This document shows, piece by piece, positions 42,555 through 52,260 of a DNA stretch of 64,000 bases. The notes below the pieces were generated by a model. The model saw nothing but the letters and a program-made list of their open reading frames with translations, was not told where the DNA came from and made no database searches. Numbering within the stretch: the stretch's first letter is position 1; each line of letters starts with the position of its first letter. Both the position numbers and the translations under genes were made by a program. Location: positions 52,604 to 116,603 of the forward strand of contig CALXVQ010000004.1 in NCBI GenBank assembly GCA_944392135.1, written 5' to 3'. Source of the stretch: an uncultured Rickettsiales bacterium. GTDB taxonomy: Bacteria; Pseudomonadota; Alphaproteobacteria; Rickettsiales; UBA1997.

Positions 42555-44375
42555 TTGAAAGATATGGAAGATAATAAAAATTCAAAACAAAATATGCAAA
42601 ATAATTCTGCAAATAATAACATGAATGATATGCAACAACATGATGCTTCTAATGAAAATTTGCAAGCTAGGAAAGATATTGCAGACTTATTACTTGATAA
42701 AAAGATAATTACAAAAGATCAACTTGATGTTGCTATTAAAGAAAAACAAGAAAAACATCTTTCAGAAAATATAGGTACAATTCTTGTTAATATGGGTTTT
42801 ATTACAGACTCAATGCTTAGTAGTGTTATTAATGAGCAAACAGGAAATAAAAATTTTAATTTAAAAACATCTATTATAGACCAAAGATTAGTTAGAAAAA
42901 TACCAAAAGGTTTTGCTATTCAAAATAAAGTAATTCCAGTATCATTTACAAAAAATACAATTACAGTTGCTATATCCGATCTTTATGATATCATTACATT
43001 GGATCAATTGAAAAGATATTTTCCACCTCATTTTAGAATAGTACCTGTTTTTGCAACAGCTAATGATATTCTTGCAGCTGTTGATAAGTATTATGATTAT
43101 GAAATGTCTATAGATGGAATTCTTAGAGAAATTGAGGGTATTGATGAAGAAGATATTAACGAACAAGAAAGTATGTCTGGGGATTATAAGAGTCCTATGG
43201 TTCGTCTTGTTGATGCTTTATTGACTGATGCTGTTAGAAGTGGAGCTTCCGACTTGCATTTTGAACCAGAAGATTTCTTTTTAAGGCTTAGATATAGAAT
43301 TAATGGTAAAATGGAACAAATTAGAACCTTTCATAATAAATATTGGTCAGCTATTGCTGTGAGAATTAAAATTATGTCAGGTATGAATATTGCTGAAACA
43401 AGAAAACCACAAGATGGAAGAATTCAAAGTATTATTCTTGGAAGAAGTATTGATTTCAGGGTTTCTTCGCAACCTACTGTGTCTGGTGAAAATATTGTTA
43501 TGAGAATTCTTGATGAGAAGCAAGCTATATCTTCATTAGATAAATTAGGTTATAGTGATGCTAATATTGCTTTAATTAAAAAATGTATAAAAAGACCTTA
43601 TGGTATCACTATTCTTACAGGTCCTACGGGTTCTGGTAAAACAACAACACTTTATACTCTTTTAAGTATGATAAATAGTGTTGATATTAACATTATGACA
43701 CTTGAAAACCCAGTGGAATATCGTATCCCTTTAATTAGACAATCAAATATTAATCCAGAAATTGGTGTTACATTTGCTGAGGGTATTAGAACACTTTTAA
43801 GGCAAGACCCTGATGTGATTTTAGTAGGTGAAATTAGAGACGAAGAAACAGCTAGTGCTGCTGTGCAAGCGGCTATGACAGGACACCAAGTGTATTCTTC
43901 TTTGCATACAAATGATGCTTTCTCGGCTATTCCTAGACTTTTGCAGATTGGTGTACAACCATTCTTATTGTCAGGTGCTCTTATAGCTATTATTGCACAA
44001 AGGTTAGCTAGAACTATTTGTCCATATTGCAAATATGAATATCCTATTACACCAGAAGAAAAAAGGATTATATCAAAAGTGATTGGTGAAGAAGAAGCTT
44101 CAAAAATTACACATTTGTATAGGGGAAAAGGTTGCGATAAATGCAAAGGTAAAGGTTATGCAAAAAGGGTTGCAGTCTGTGAAGTTTTAGATGTTGATAA
44201 AGAAATAGATAATATGATTGTAGAGAATGCAACCAAAAAAGAAATTCTCGCATATCTTGACAGTAAAGGCTATGTGACAATGCAGGTAGATGGTGTACGA
44301 AAAGTTATTAATGGTACTACAACACTTGATGAATTAATTAGAGTTGTAGATATGACAAGTTATCTCGAAGTTTAA
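42555..44375 (+). CDS. type IV pilus assembly / type II secretion ATPase (PilB/GspE family)
   Basis: N-terminal MshEN-like domain (LLDKKIITKDQLDVAIKE), Walker A GPTGSGKTT, Asp box, Walker B ILVGEIRD, His box, tetracysteine CPYC...CDKC. ATG 42564 is an alternative start. Confidence 0.88.
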   Translation: MKDMEDNKNSKQNMQNNSANNNMNDMQQHDASNENLQARKDIADLLLDKKIITKDQLDVAIKEKQEKHLSENIGTILVNMGFITDSMLSSVINEQTGNKNFNLKTSIIDQRLVRKIPKGFAIQNKVIPVSFTKNTITVAISDLYDIITLDQLKRYFPPHFRIVPVFATANDILAAVDKYYDYEMSIDGILREIEGIDEEDINEQESMSGDYKSPMVRLVDALLTDAVRSGASDLHFEPEDFFLRLRYRINGKMEQIRTFHNKYWSAIAVRIKIMSGMNIAETRKPQDGRIQSIILGRSIDFRVSSQPTVSGENIVMRILDEKQAISSLDKLGYSDANIALIKKCIKRPYGITILTGPTGSGKTTTLYTLLSMINSVDINIMTLENPVEYRIPLIRQSNINPEIGVTFAEGIRTLLRQDPDVILVGEIRDEETASAAVQAAMTGHQVYSSLHTNDAFSAIPRLLQIGVQPFLLSGALIAIIAQRLARTICPYCKYEYPITPEEKRIISKVIGEEEASKITHLYRGKGCDKCKGKGYAKRVAVCEVLDVDKEIDNMIVENATKKEILAYLDSKGYVTMQVDGVRKVINGTTTLDELIRVVDMTSYLEV

Positions 44376-44995
44376 TATTATTTTATATATATAACAAGAA
44401 TAATGATCGACATATTCTCACAATTACGAGCTTGTGGGTATATTCTCTCAATGATAAGTTTTGTTTGATTGTTGCAGTACCTGATAATGAGATTGCCACG
44501 AGTTGCAAGCAACTCTCGCAATGACAAGTCAAGAATAACAAGATTGCTACTCCTTCTACGAAGTCTTGCAATGACGATGTGGAGGTACTGTCGTTGTGAG
44601 CAAAGCGAAGCAATCCATAAATCACCAATATTTATTAATTAGTTATATTTTGCCCCTTTTGTCATTACTTGGAGTGAAACGACAAAGTAATCCACAAACC
44701 ACTAATAACAAACACAAAAACAGAAAATAAAAAGAATGTATTAGTAGCACCCATTTGTCATTGCGAAGGCCAAAGGCCTGTGGCAATCCACAAACCACAA
44801 AAAGTTAATATAAAAAACAGAAAAGAAAAAAGAATTCACTATTCTTGTACCCCTTCGTCATTGCGAGGAGCAAGGCGACGAAGCAATCCATAAACCGCTA
44901 TTATTTTATTCATTCACAGAAAAATAAAAGAATTCACTACTTTTTATCAAGTCAAAGAATTAATTTTAAATGAAATATTAATTTTCAATTTTTAA

Positions 44996-45292
44996 TTTCT
45001 TATGCTTCGTTCGTTTCGTACTTCGTGGGACGACAAGCTAAAATGATTAAGCAAGCTTATCATTTTTTCACTTTGTGCTTCAATATTTAATTTCTTATGG
45101 ATTGCCACGAGTTGCAAGCAACTCTCGCAATGACAAGCCAAGAATAATGAGATTGCCACAACTTCTGCGAAGTCTCGCAATGACGATGTGTGGGGTAGAT
45201 TCTTATAATGACAAGTTTTGTTTGCTCTCCATGGTATCCCATTACGAGATTGCCACAGGCCTTTGGCCTTCGCAATGACAAGCCAAGAATAA
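44996..45292 (+). repeat. 297-bp direct repeat, copy 1
   Basis: Read as identical to 46111..46407 (offset 1115 bp). The two tracked 67-aa ORFs (45075..45278 and 46190..46393) have identical translations. Confidence 0.85.
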
Positions 45293-45474
45293 CAAGATTG
45301 CCACTCCTTCTGCGAAGTCTCACAATGACAATGTGGGGGTACTGTCATTGCGAGCAAAGCGAAGCAATCCACAAACCATTAGCAGTAAATACAAAAACAA
45401 AAAACAAAAAATTCTCTATTATTCATCAAATTAAAGAATTAATTTTTAATGAAATATTAATTTTCAATTTTCAA

Positions 45475-45562
45475 TTTATTATGCTTCGTTCGTTTTGCAC
45501 TTCGTGGGACGACAAGCTAAAATGATTAAGTAAGCTTATCATTTTCGTACTTTGTGCTTCAA
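45475..45562 (+). repeat. 88-nt hairpin module, diverged copy
   Basis: TTTATTATGCTTCGTTCGTTTTGCACTTCGTGGGACGACAAGCTAAAATGATTAAGTAAGCTTATCATTTTCGTACTTTGTGCTTCAA. Confidence 0.8.
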
Positions 45563-46110
45563 TTTTCAATTTCTTATGGATTGCCACGAGTTGCAAGCAA
45601 CTCTCGCAATGACGATGTGGGAGCAAGTTCTCACAATGGCAACACTTAATTGAGTGCCACAGTACTACATCAAGAGATTGCCACAGGCCTTCGGCCTTCA
45701 CAATGACAAGTCAAGAATAACGAGATTGCTACTCCTTCTGCGAAGTCTTGCAATGACAATGTGGGGGTACTGTCATTGCGAGCAAAGCGAAGCAATCCAC
45801 AAACCACTAATATTTATTCATTCACATAAAAATAAAAGAATTAGCTATATTTTGCCCCTTTTGTCATTACTTGGAGTGAAATGACAAAGTAATCTACAAA
45901 CTACTAATAACAAACACAAAAACAGAAAATAAAAAGAATTCATCAGTAGTACTCATTTGTCATTGCGAAGGCCAAAGGCCTGTGGCAATCCACAAACCAC
46001 AAAAAGTTAATGCAAAAACAAAAAAGAAAAAGAATTAATTACTATTTGTTAAGTTAAAAAATAATTTTAAATGAAATATTAATTTTCAATTTTCAATTTT
46101 TAATTTTCAA

Positions 46111-46407
46111 TTTCTTATGCTTCGTTCGTTTCGTACTTCGTGGGACGACAAGCTAAAATGATTAAGCAAGCTTATCATTTTTTCACTTTGTGCTTCAATA
46201 TTTAATTTCTTATGGATTGCCACGAGTTGCAAGCAACTCTCGCAATGACAAGCCAAGAATAATGAGATTGCCACAACTTCTGCGAAGTCTCGCAATGACG
46301 ATGTGTGGGGTAGATTCTTATAATGACAAGTTTTGTTTGCTCTCCATGGTATCCCATTACGAGATTGCCACAGGCCTTTGGCCTTCGCAATGACAAGCCA
46401 AGAATAA
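46111..46407 (+). repeat. 297-bp direct repeat, copy 2
   Basis: See copy 1. Preceded by three TTTTCAA heptamers instead of one. Confidence 0.85.
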
Positions 46408-46810
46408 TGAGATTGCCACGACTTCTACGAAGTCTCGCAATGACGATGTGGGAGCAAGTTCTCGCAATAGCAACACTTAATTGAGTGCCATAGTACCCCA
46501 TCAAGAGATTGCCACAGGCCTTTGGCCTTTACAATGACTAGCCAAGAATAATGAGATTGCCACGACTTCTGCGAAGTCTCGCAATGACGATTTGAGTGTA
46601 CTGTCATTGCGAGCAAAGCGAAGCAATCCACAAACCACAAAAAGTTAATATAAAAAACAGAAAAGAAAAGAATTAGCTACCAACAGCAAATATAAAAACA
46701 AAAAAATTGTTATAAATTAATAAATAAATTTTATTAATAGATATATAAATATAAATAAAAGTAGTACTAACAAATAATAGATTGTTTAAATAAAATTAGA
46801 GTAATAATAA

Positions 46811-46842
46811 AAATAAAAAATAGCCTGTATTTACAGGCTATA
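46811..46842 (-). terminator. infC rho-independent terminator
   Basis: ATAGCCTGT-ATTT-ACAGGCTAT, followed by a T-run on the minus strand. Confidence 0.6.
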
Positions 46843-46871
46843 AAAATAATACATATTATAATAATTAAATA

Positions 46872-47390
46872 CTAATTCTTTACAGGACCAACAATAAAGA
46901 ATAATCTTTTTCCTTCCATTTTAGGAGTTTCTTCTATTGTACCAACACCTTCTAATGCAGTCATGATTTTATCAATAATAACTTGTGCAGTGTCGGAATA
47001 AGTAATTTCTCTTCCTTTAAACATAAAATTAAATTTAACTTTATTACCTTTTTCAAGGAATTTTGATGCTTGTTTAACTTTTGTATTAAAATCACCATCT
47101 CCAATATTTAAAGACATTTTAAGTTCTTTTGTTTCCATAATTTTTTGTTTCTTTTTATTGGAGTTTGATTTTTTTTGTTCTTCGTATTTCATTTTGCTAT
47201 AACTAGCAATTTTACAAACTGGGGGATCAACATTTGGTGATACCTCAACTAAATCTAACTCAGCTTCGAAAGCTAATTTTAAAGCTTCTGTAATTGGGAG
47301 AATGCCTAACATTTTGCCGTTCTCATCTATAACCCTAACATCTTGGGCTTTTATTCTTTTATTAATTCTTAATTCGTTTTTTTCGCTCAA
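46872..47390 (-). CDS. infC: translation initiation factor IF-3
   Basis: INKRIKAQDVRVIDENG, full N and C domains. The tracked start is a TTG codon, consistent with the unusual start codons used by infC. Confidence 0.9.
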   Translation of the reverse strand: MSEKNELRINKRIKAQDVRVIDENGKMLGILPITEALKLAFEAELDLVEVSPNVDPPVCKIASYSKMKYEEQKKSNSNKKKQKIMETKELKMSLNIGDGDFNTKVKQASKFLEKGNKVKFNFMFKGREITYSDTAQVIIDKIMTALEGVGTIEETPKMEGKRLFFIVGPVKN

Positions 47391-47466
47391 AGTATATACA
47401 TTAATAGTTAAACCACTACTAATAATAAATAATAATTATTTTATTTTCAATAATATTTTTAAAATT

Positions 47467-49986
47467 TTAGAATTTAACTTCAAAATTTTTTCCTTCTACA
47501 AATTTAATATTATTTACATTACATACATTCTTTAAATCTTCTACAACAAAATCTATTTTTTTAGTTGTATCTATATATACCACAACATCCTCAATAATCT
47601 CTTTTATTGATATATTTTTTTCAGATTTATATTTTCTAACTTCTGCCAGTATGTTAATTGCAATATTGCCAATTTCAAGTGATGTTTGACTTTCAATAAA
47701 ATCATCTATTTTTGGCCAAGTTCCCCTAGAAGATATTGATTTTGTAGTGTTAAATTCTTCTTCGTATAAGCATGAATAAATTTCATCGCATATAGCAGGT
47801 ACAAAAGGAGCAAACATTTTTAATATTGCATTAAATACATAATAAATAGTTCTAATTGCACTTTGTTGACCTTTTTCTATTTTTTCTATTTCTTCTTGTG
47901 ATAAATTTTTATCTTGATATTTGAAAGCTTTTGCTCCATAACATCTAACTTTTGCAATTTCTAAATAGTTATCACAAAAATCATTCCAGAATAAATTTTC
48001 TATTGCTTCTAATGCTTTATTGTATTCATAGCATTCAAAAAATTTAGTAGCCTTTTCTATTGTGAGTTTTGTTTTTGAAATTAACCATTTATCCATTGAT
48101 TCAAAAATTAATTCATTTTCTATATCATTTTTAGCTGTTGAAATGCCACCTTTTAAATTTTCAAGATTCATTTCAGCAAATTTTGCACTATTAAATAATT
48201 TTGTGATTAATTTTTGTCCAACAGAAATTAACTCTTCAGAATAAGCAGTATCTAAACCTAATGATGAATTACCAGCCCAGTATCTAACAGCATCTGAACC
48301 TTTGCTTTGAATTAAGTCAATAGGGCTAATAACATTTCCAGCTGATTTTGACATTTTGTTTTTATCAGGTGCTAAACACCAACCAGAAATTGCTAAATTT
48401 TTCCATGGAATAGTATTATTATGATAATAAGCTTTTACTAATGTACAAAAAGCCCAAGTTCTAATAATTTCATGAGCTTGTGCTCTTAAATCAAATGGTA
48501 ATTTTAATATATCATATCTATTTTTATCTATATACAATTTATCACTTAAACCCCAAGCAGATAATTGTGGTGAAATTGATGAGGTAGCCCAGGTATCTAA
48601 AACATCAGTATCAGCTTGTACTTCTTCTCTTGTATAACCATCAGGTAAATCAACCATAGGATCAATAGGTAAATCTTCAAATTTTGGTACTAAAACCTTT
48701 CCTTCTTCGCCAACTCTTTTTGAATACCATACAGGAATTGGTATACCGGAGAATCTTTGTCTAGAAATAGTCCAATCCCAACTTAAACCATCTATCCAAT
48801 CGTGAATTCTATTTTCCATCCAAGCAGGATACCAATTACATTCATTTGCTTTATTATGTAATTCATTTTTAATATTTAATACTTTAACATTCCATTGCTT
48901 TGTAACTAAAAACTCAATTGGGTATTTTGATCTTTCACCAACTTTAACAGGATGTGTAATTTTTTCTGGTTGTCTTGTAATTTTATTATCGCTTTGTAAG
49001 ATATCTAGAATTGTATTTCTAGCATCTGTAATTTTAAGTCCATCTAAAAGCAAATATTTTTTGTCAATTAAATTTTTAATTTCTTTAAGAGTAATTTGCC
49101 CTTTTTCATTTATAATAATTCTTAAATCTAAATTGTATTTTTTCCACCAATCAATATCTGTTTGATCACCAAAAGTACAACACATAACCATACCAGTTCC
49201 TTTTTCTTTACTAACTTTATCATCAGCAACAATAGGAACCTTAACTCCCAAAGGTGTAATAGCAGATTTCCATTTATATTTATTATAATTATCTGGATGA
49301 CACATAACAGCAACACAAGCTGGTAAAAGTTCTGGTCTTGTAGTCATAATTTCTAACATTTCACCATCATCTGTTATGAATTTAAGATAATTCATTTGAC
49401 TTTCCATTTCTTTATCTTCAAGCTCTGTTTGTGCTAATGCTGTTTGATCCACAACATCCCATATTGATGGCTCATATTTTCTGTATAATAAACCCTTATT
49501 ATATAAATCTAAAAAAGACATTTGTGATAATTTTTTTGAAGTTTCAGAAATTGTTTGATATTTTAAACTCCAATCATAAGAATGGCTAACCGATTTAAAT
49601 AAATCTTGAAATTGATCTTCGGCAATATGTACATTTTCTTGGCATATTTTAATAAATTCATCCCTTGGCATTTCTTTTCCTTTAATGCCTTTTAATTTTT
49701 CAATATATCTTTCAGTAGGTAAGCCATTATCATCAAAGCCTATTGGATAAAATACATTTTTACCACTCATTCTTTTATATCTAGCTGTGATATCAGTTTG
49801 TGTGTATGAAAAAATATGTCCCATATGTAAAGTTCCAGAAACTGTTGGTGGTGGTGTATCTATTGAAAATATATGATCTCTCTCTGTATCATTCCAATCA
49901 AAATGATAAATTCCATTTTCTTCCCAATAATTTTGCCATTTTTTTTCAGATTCTGTAAAATTATATTTTTTTTCTAATTTTTTCAT
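47467..49986 (-). CDS. valS: valyl-tRNA synthetase (short, archaeal-like type)
   Basis: IDTPPPTVSGTLHMGH (HIGH region), editing domain, KMSKSAGN. 839 aa, without the long bacterial coiled-coil tail. Confidence 0.88.
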   Translation of the reverse strand: MKKLEKKYNFTESEKKWQNYWEENGIYHFDWNDTERDHIFSIDTPPPTVSGTLHMGHIFSYTQTDITARYKRMSGKNVFYPIGFDDNGLPTERYIEKLKGIKGKEMPRDEFIKICQENVHIAEDQFQDLFKSVSHSYDWSLKYQTISETSKKLSQMSFLDLYNKGLLYRKYEPSIWDVVDQTALAQTELEDKEMESQMNYLKFITDDGEMLEIMTTRPELLPACVAVMCHPDNYNKYKWKSAITPLGVKVPIVADDKVSKEKGTGMVMCCTFGDQTDIDWWKKYNLDLRIIINEKGQITLKEIKNLIDKKYLLLDGLKITDARNTILDILQSDNKITRQPEKITHPVKVGERSKYPIEFLVTKQWNVKVLNIKNELHNKANECNWYPAWMENRIHDWIDGLSWDWTISRQRFSGIPIPVWYSKRVGEEGKVLVPKFEDLPIDPMVDLPDGYTREEVQADTDVLDTWATSSISPQLSAWGLSDKLYIDKNRYDILKLPFDLRAQAHEIIRTWAFCTLVKAYYHNNTIPWKNLAISGWCLAPDKNKMSKSAGNVISPIDLIQSKGSDAVRYWAGNSSLGLDTAYSEELISVGQKLITKLFNSAKFAEMNLENLKGGISTAKNDIENELIFESMDKWLISKTKLTIEKATKFFECYEYNKALEAIENLFWNDFCDNYLEIAKVRCYGAKAFKYQDKNLSQEEIEKIEKGQQSAIRTIYYVFNAILKMFAPFVPAICDEIYSCLYEEEFNTTKSISSRGTWPKIDDFIESQTSLEIGNIAINILAEVRKYKSEKNISIKEIIEDVVVYIDTTKKIDFVVEDLKNVCNVNNIKFVEGKNFEVKF

Positions 49987-50091
49987 ACTATCTCGCTTAA
50001 TTCTTCTAAACAGAAAAATAATAAAATATTAATAAAAATCAAGTAAATATTTAAAAATATAAAAACAATAAATAAAAATATTGATTAAGTA

Positions 50092-50119
50092 TTGATTTTA
50101 TAAAAAAAAGTGTTATAAT
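50092..50119 (+). promoter_or_regulatory. sigma70-like promoter TTGATT-N16-TATAAT
   Basis: -35 at 50092-50097 and -10 at 50114-50119, 33 nt before ATG 50152. Confidence 0.4.
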
Positions 50120-50151
50120 TCTGTATATGAATAAAATACTATTGTAGTAAT

Positions 50152-50862
50152 ATGGCTAATGCGGGAAATAAAAATCCATTTGAAGAGACAGAACGACTTG
50201 TTAGAATGACAAAAGATATTTTTATTATGATGGATCAAAATTCTAATAAAAGCAGCACAAACAATACAGATAATAGCAATACAACACCAGATACACAAGT
50301 ATCATCAGCAACTAAAAATGTATCTGCAGATACCATGGGACACTATGCTAAAAATGTATCAGGGCAAATAGGGCAAACACAAGAATTGGAACAGGTAGCT
50401 ATTAGAGCCAATCAGGTTGGAGCTATGGGAGCTACTTATAGGGAAACAGAAAGGCAGGCTGGTAGGGAACAAGGTAAACAGGCAGAAAGGGAAAAACAAA
50501 GTGCATTAGAAGATACTACTAAGAAGATTTCAACCGCTTCTATTTCTGCTTTTGGTGCTTTATCAGCAATAGCAATAAATGGTATACTGATTATGGCATT
50601 GGGCCCATTTATGATTCCAGTTGCTTTACTTGAAATATTTGCTGTTTTTAAAAATTTATCAAAAATATTTGAAAATGAGAAAAAAACACTTGATAAAACT
50701 GTTGCACATGCTACTCAAATGCAAAAGGATATTAATATAAAAACAGGAGAAGATGTTAAAAAACGTGGATACATGATGGATGTTGGACAACAATCAGTAT
50801 TAAAACCAGCTGATGCTAACCCAGCTCCAAGTTCAGTTATATCCGTAACTCAAGCACAATAA
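50152..50862 (+). CDS. orphan protein with a central bilobed hydrophobic hairpin
   Basis: The hydrophilic N-terminal half (S/T/N/Q-rich) is followed by ISTASISAFGALSAIAINGILIMALGPFMIPVALLEIFAVF, two hydrophobic lobes split by GP. No family recognised. Confidence 0.5.
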   Translation: MANAGNKNPFEETERLVRMTKDIFIMMDQNSNKSSTNNTDNSNTTPDTQVSSATKNVSADTMGHYAKNVSGQIGQTQELEQVAIRANQVGAMGATYRETERQAGREQGKQAEREKQSALEDTTKKISTASISAFGALSAIAINGILIMALGPFMIPVALLEIFAVFKNLSKIFENEKKTLDKTVAHATQMQKDINIKTGEDVKKRGYMMDVGQQSVLKPADANPAPSSVISVTQAQ

Positions 50863-50880
50863 CAATATTGAAGGATTTGT

Positions 50881-52035
50881 ATGCCAGAGAATTTTGTAGA
50901 TTTAAGAAAAGAATTAGTATATAACAAAAAGAATGTTGTTAAAAATGTTGTTATAGGATCAGCTGTTGGTTTGTTAGCTTTTGAAACATTAAGTATTTTT
51001 TTGCAAGGAAAAATAAAAGCTGAAGATTTGAGCGATGAATATTTAGAAAAATTAAATAAATCTATTAATAGTGTAAAAACAAACAAAGAAATTCTCACTA
51101 ATGCAAAAGTTAATAATAATTATTCAGATGTTAAACTTGAAGATAATAATTTATCTATTACAAATAGCGATGGAGTAAAGGTATCATATAATTTAGAAGA
51201 GCAATCAAATGTATCAATATTTAAAAATGTAGATAAAGAAATTATGTGTGCTTATGATAACACAAACAAAATTTTATATCTAGATGGTGAAACTTATTCT
51301 GATATAACAGAAATTGATGGTGTTTTTAAACAAGATAATACAGCAATAGCAGAATTTAATAATGTTAATAAAACTTTGCAAATTGGCAATCAAACACCAT
51401 TTTATGCTACAAATGAAACTGGTGATATAAATTTCATTAAAGGCTCAACAAACAATATAGTTGGCATTTATGATGAAAAATCTGATTTTATTAATATTAA
51501 TGATGCTGCCAACAATATTAATATAGATAAATCAATTATAAGAGATAATCTTACAGATGCCAAAGAAGGCATTTTAAGTACTATTGAAGCAATGGAAAAA
51601 GATAATAAATATAATCAAGATTTAGTTGAGGCCTTAAAAAAATCTGTAAATGATATTAATTTAAATACATTAGATATGAAAACCTATGAAAATTTCAATA
51701 AATCATTAATTGATAGCATGAATAATGCTACAAATAGTGTCTCAATGGAATTAGGTTTTAAAGATGTAACTGAAAAAATTAATAATTTAGGACTTTTTGA
51801 TACACTTAGTGATATTGCTGGTCCGAATGTTAGTGGTATAGTTGGTCTTATTGGTATATCTGCAGTTCTTATTGCTTTACTTTCAGGATTATTTGCAAAA
51901 ACAGCAGATCTTATGATTGAAAATACAAAAGAAGATTTAATAAAAAAGAAAATTATTACACCAGAAGATGTTGTAAATGAAAGAAAAGCAAGAGAAGAAA
52001 TGAGAAAAGAAAAAAAATATTCAAAAGAAAGATAA
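50881..52035 (+). CDS. orphan membrane protein (N- and C-terminal TM segments, Asn-rich middle, K/E-rich tail)
   Basis: GAAGGA lies 7 nt before the ATG. TM segments VVIGSAVGLLAFETLSIFL and VSGIVGLIGISAVLIALLSGLF. No family recognised. Confidence 0.5.
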   Translation: MPENFVDLRKELVYNKKNVVKNVVIGSAVGLLAFETLSIFLQGKIKAEDLSDEYLEKLNKSINSVKTNKEILTNAKVNNNYSDVKLEDNNLSITNSDGVKVSYNLEEQSNVSIFKNVDKEIMCAYDNTNKILYLDGETYSDITEIDGVFKQDNTAIAEFNNVNKTLQIGNQTPFYATNETGDINFIKGSTNNIVGIYDEKSDFININDAANNINIDKSIIRDNLTDAKEGILSTIEAMEKDNKYNQDLVEALKKSVNDINLNTLDMKTYENFNKSLIDSMNNATNSVSMELGFKDVTEKINNLGLFDTLSDIAGPNVSGIVGLIGISAVLIALLSGLFAKTADLMIENTKEDLIKKKIITPEDVVNERKAREEMRKEKKYSKER

Positions 52036-52260
52036 AACATAAAGCAATAATTCTATTTATTACAAGTCTTTTAGCTACTCTTAAAATCAAACTTTAATAG
52101 TATTATTATTTTAACAAAGTTGTTTTATAATACATTACTATATAATTATTGGCAAAATAATTTATATTTAATTATTAATTTTAGTAATTTTAATTTACTG
52201 TTATAATATTGAATATTATTACAATTATAGTATATTAAGTTAATTAATTATCATCATTAT

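Larger units (their letters stand above)
44400..46700. repeat. GC-rich palindromic repeat cluster C (largest, ~2.3 kb)
   Basis: Dozens of GATTGCC...CGCAATGAC / GTCATTGCGAG...GCAATCC units and linkers. All tracked ORFs between 44383 and 46640 are translations of these repeats on both strands. Confidence 0.9.

Noticed and set aside
44383-46640. About a dozen 60-126-aa ORFs on both strands inside cluster C (and similar ORFs at 20307..20525, 26526..26816 and 52877..53382), with peptides such as CHCES..., SLRRPKACGNL, LLRSLAMTM
   Set aside because: They are translations of the palindromic repeat units. They overlap one another on both strands and have no start context. Identical peptides recur because the DNA is repeated. 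They are not protein-coding genes.
44400-46700. Possible CRISPR array, because of regularly recurring ~40-nt palindromic repeats
   Set aside because: The repeat units are heterogeneous and the intervening sequences are themselves repeated linkers rather than unique spacers. Unit spacing is irregular, both orientations are mixed, and no cas genes are present.
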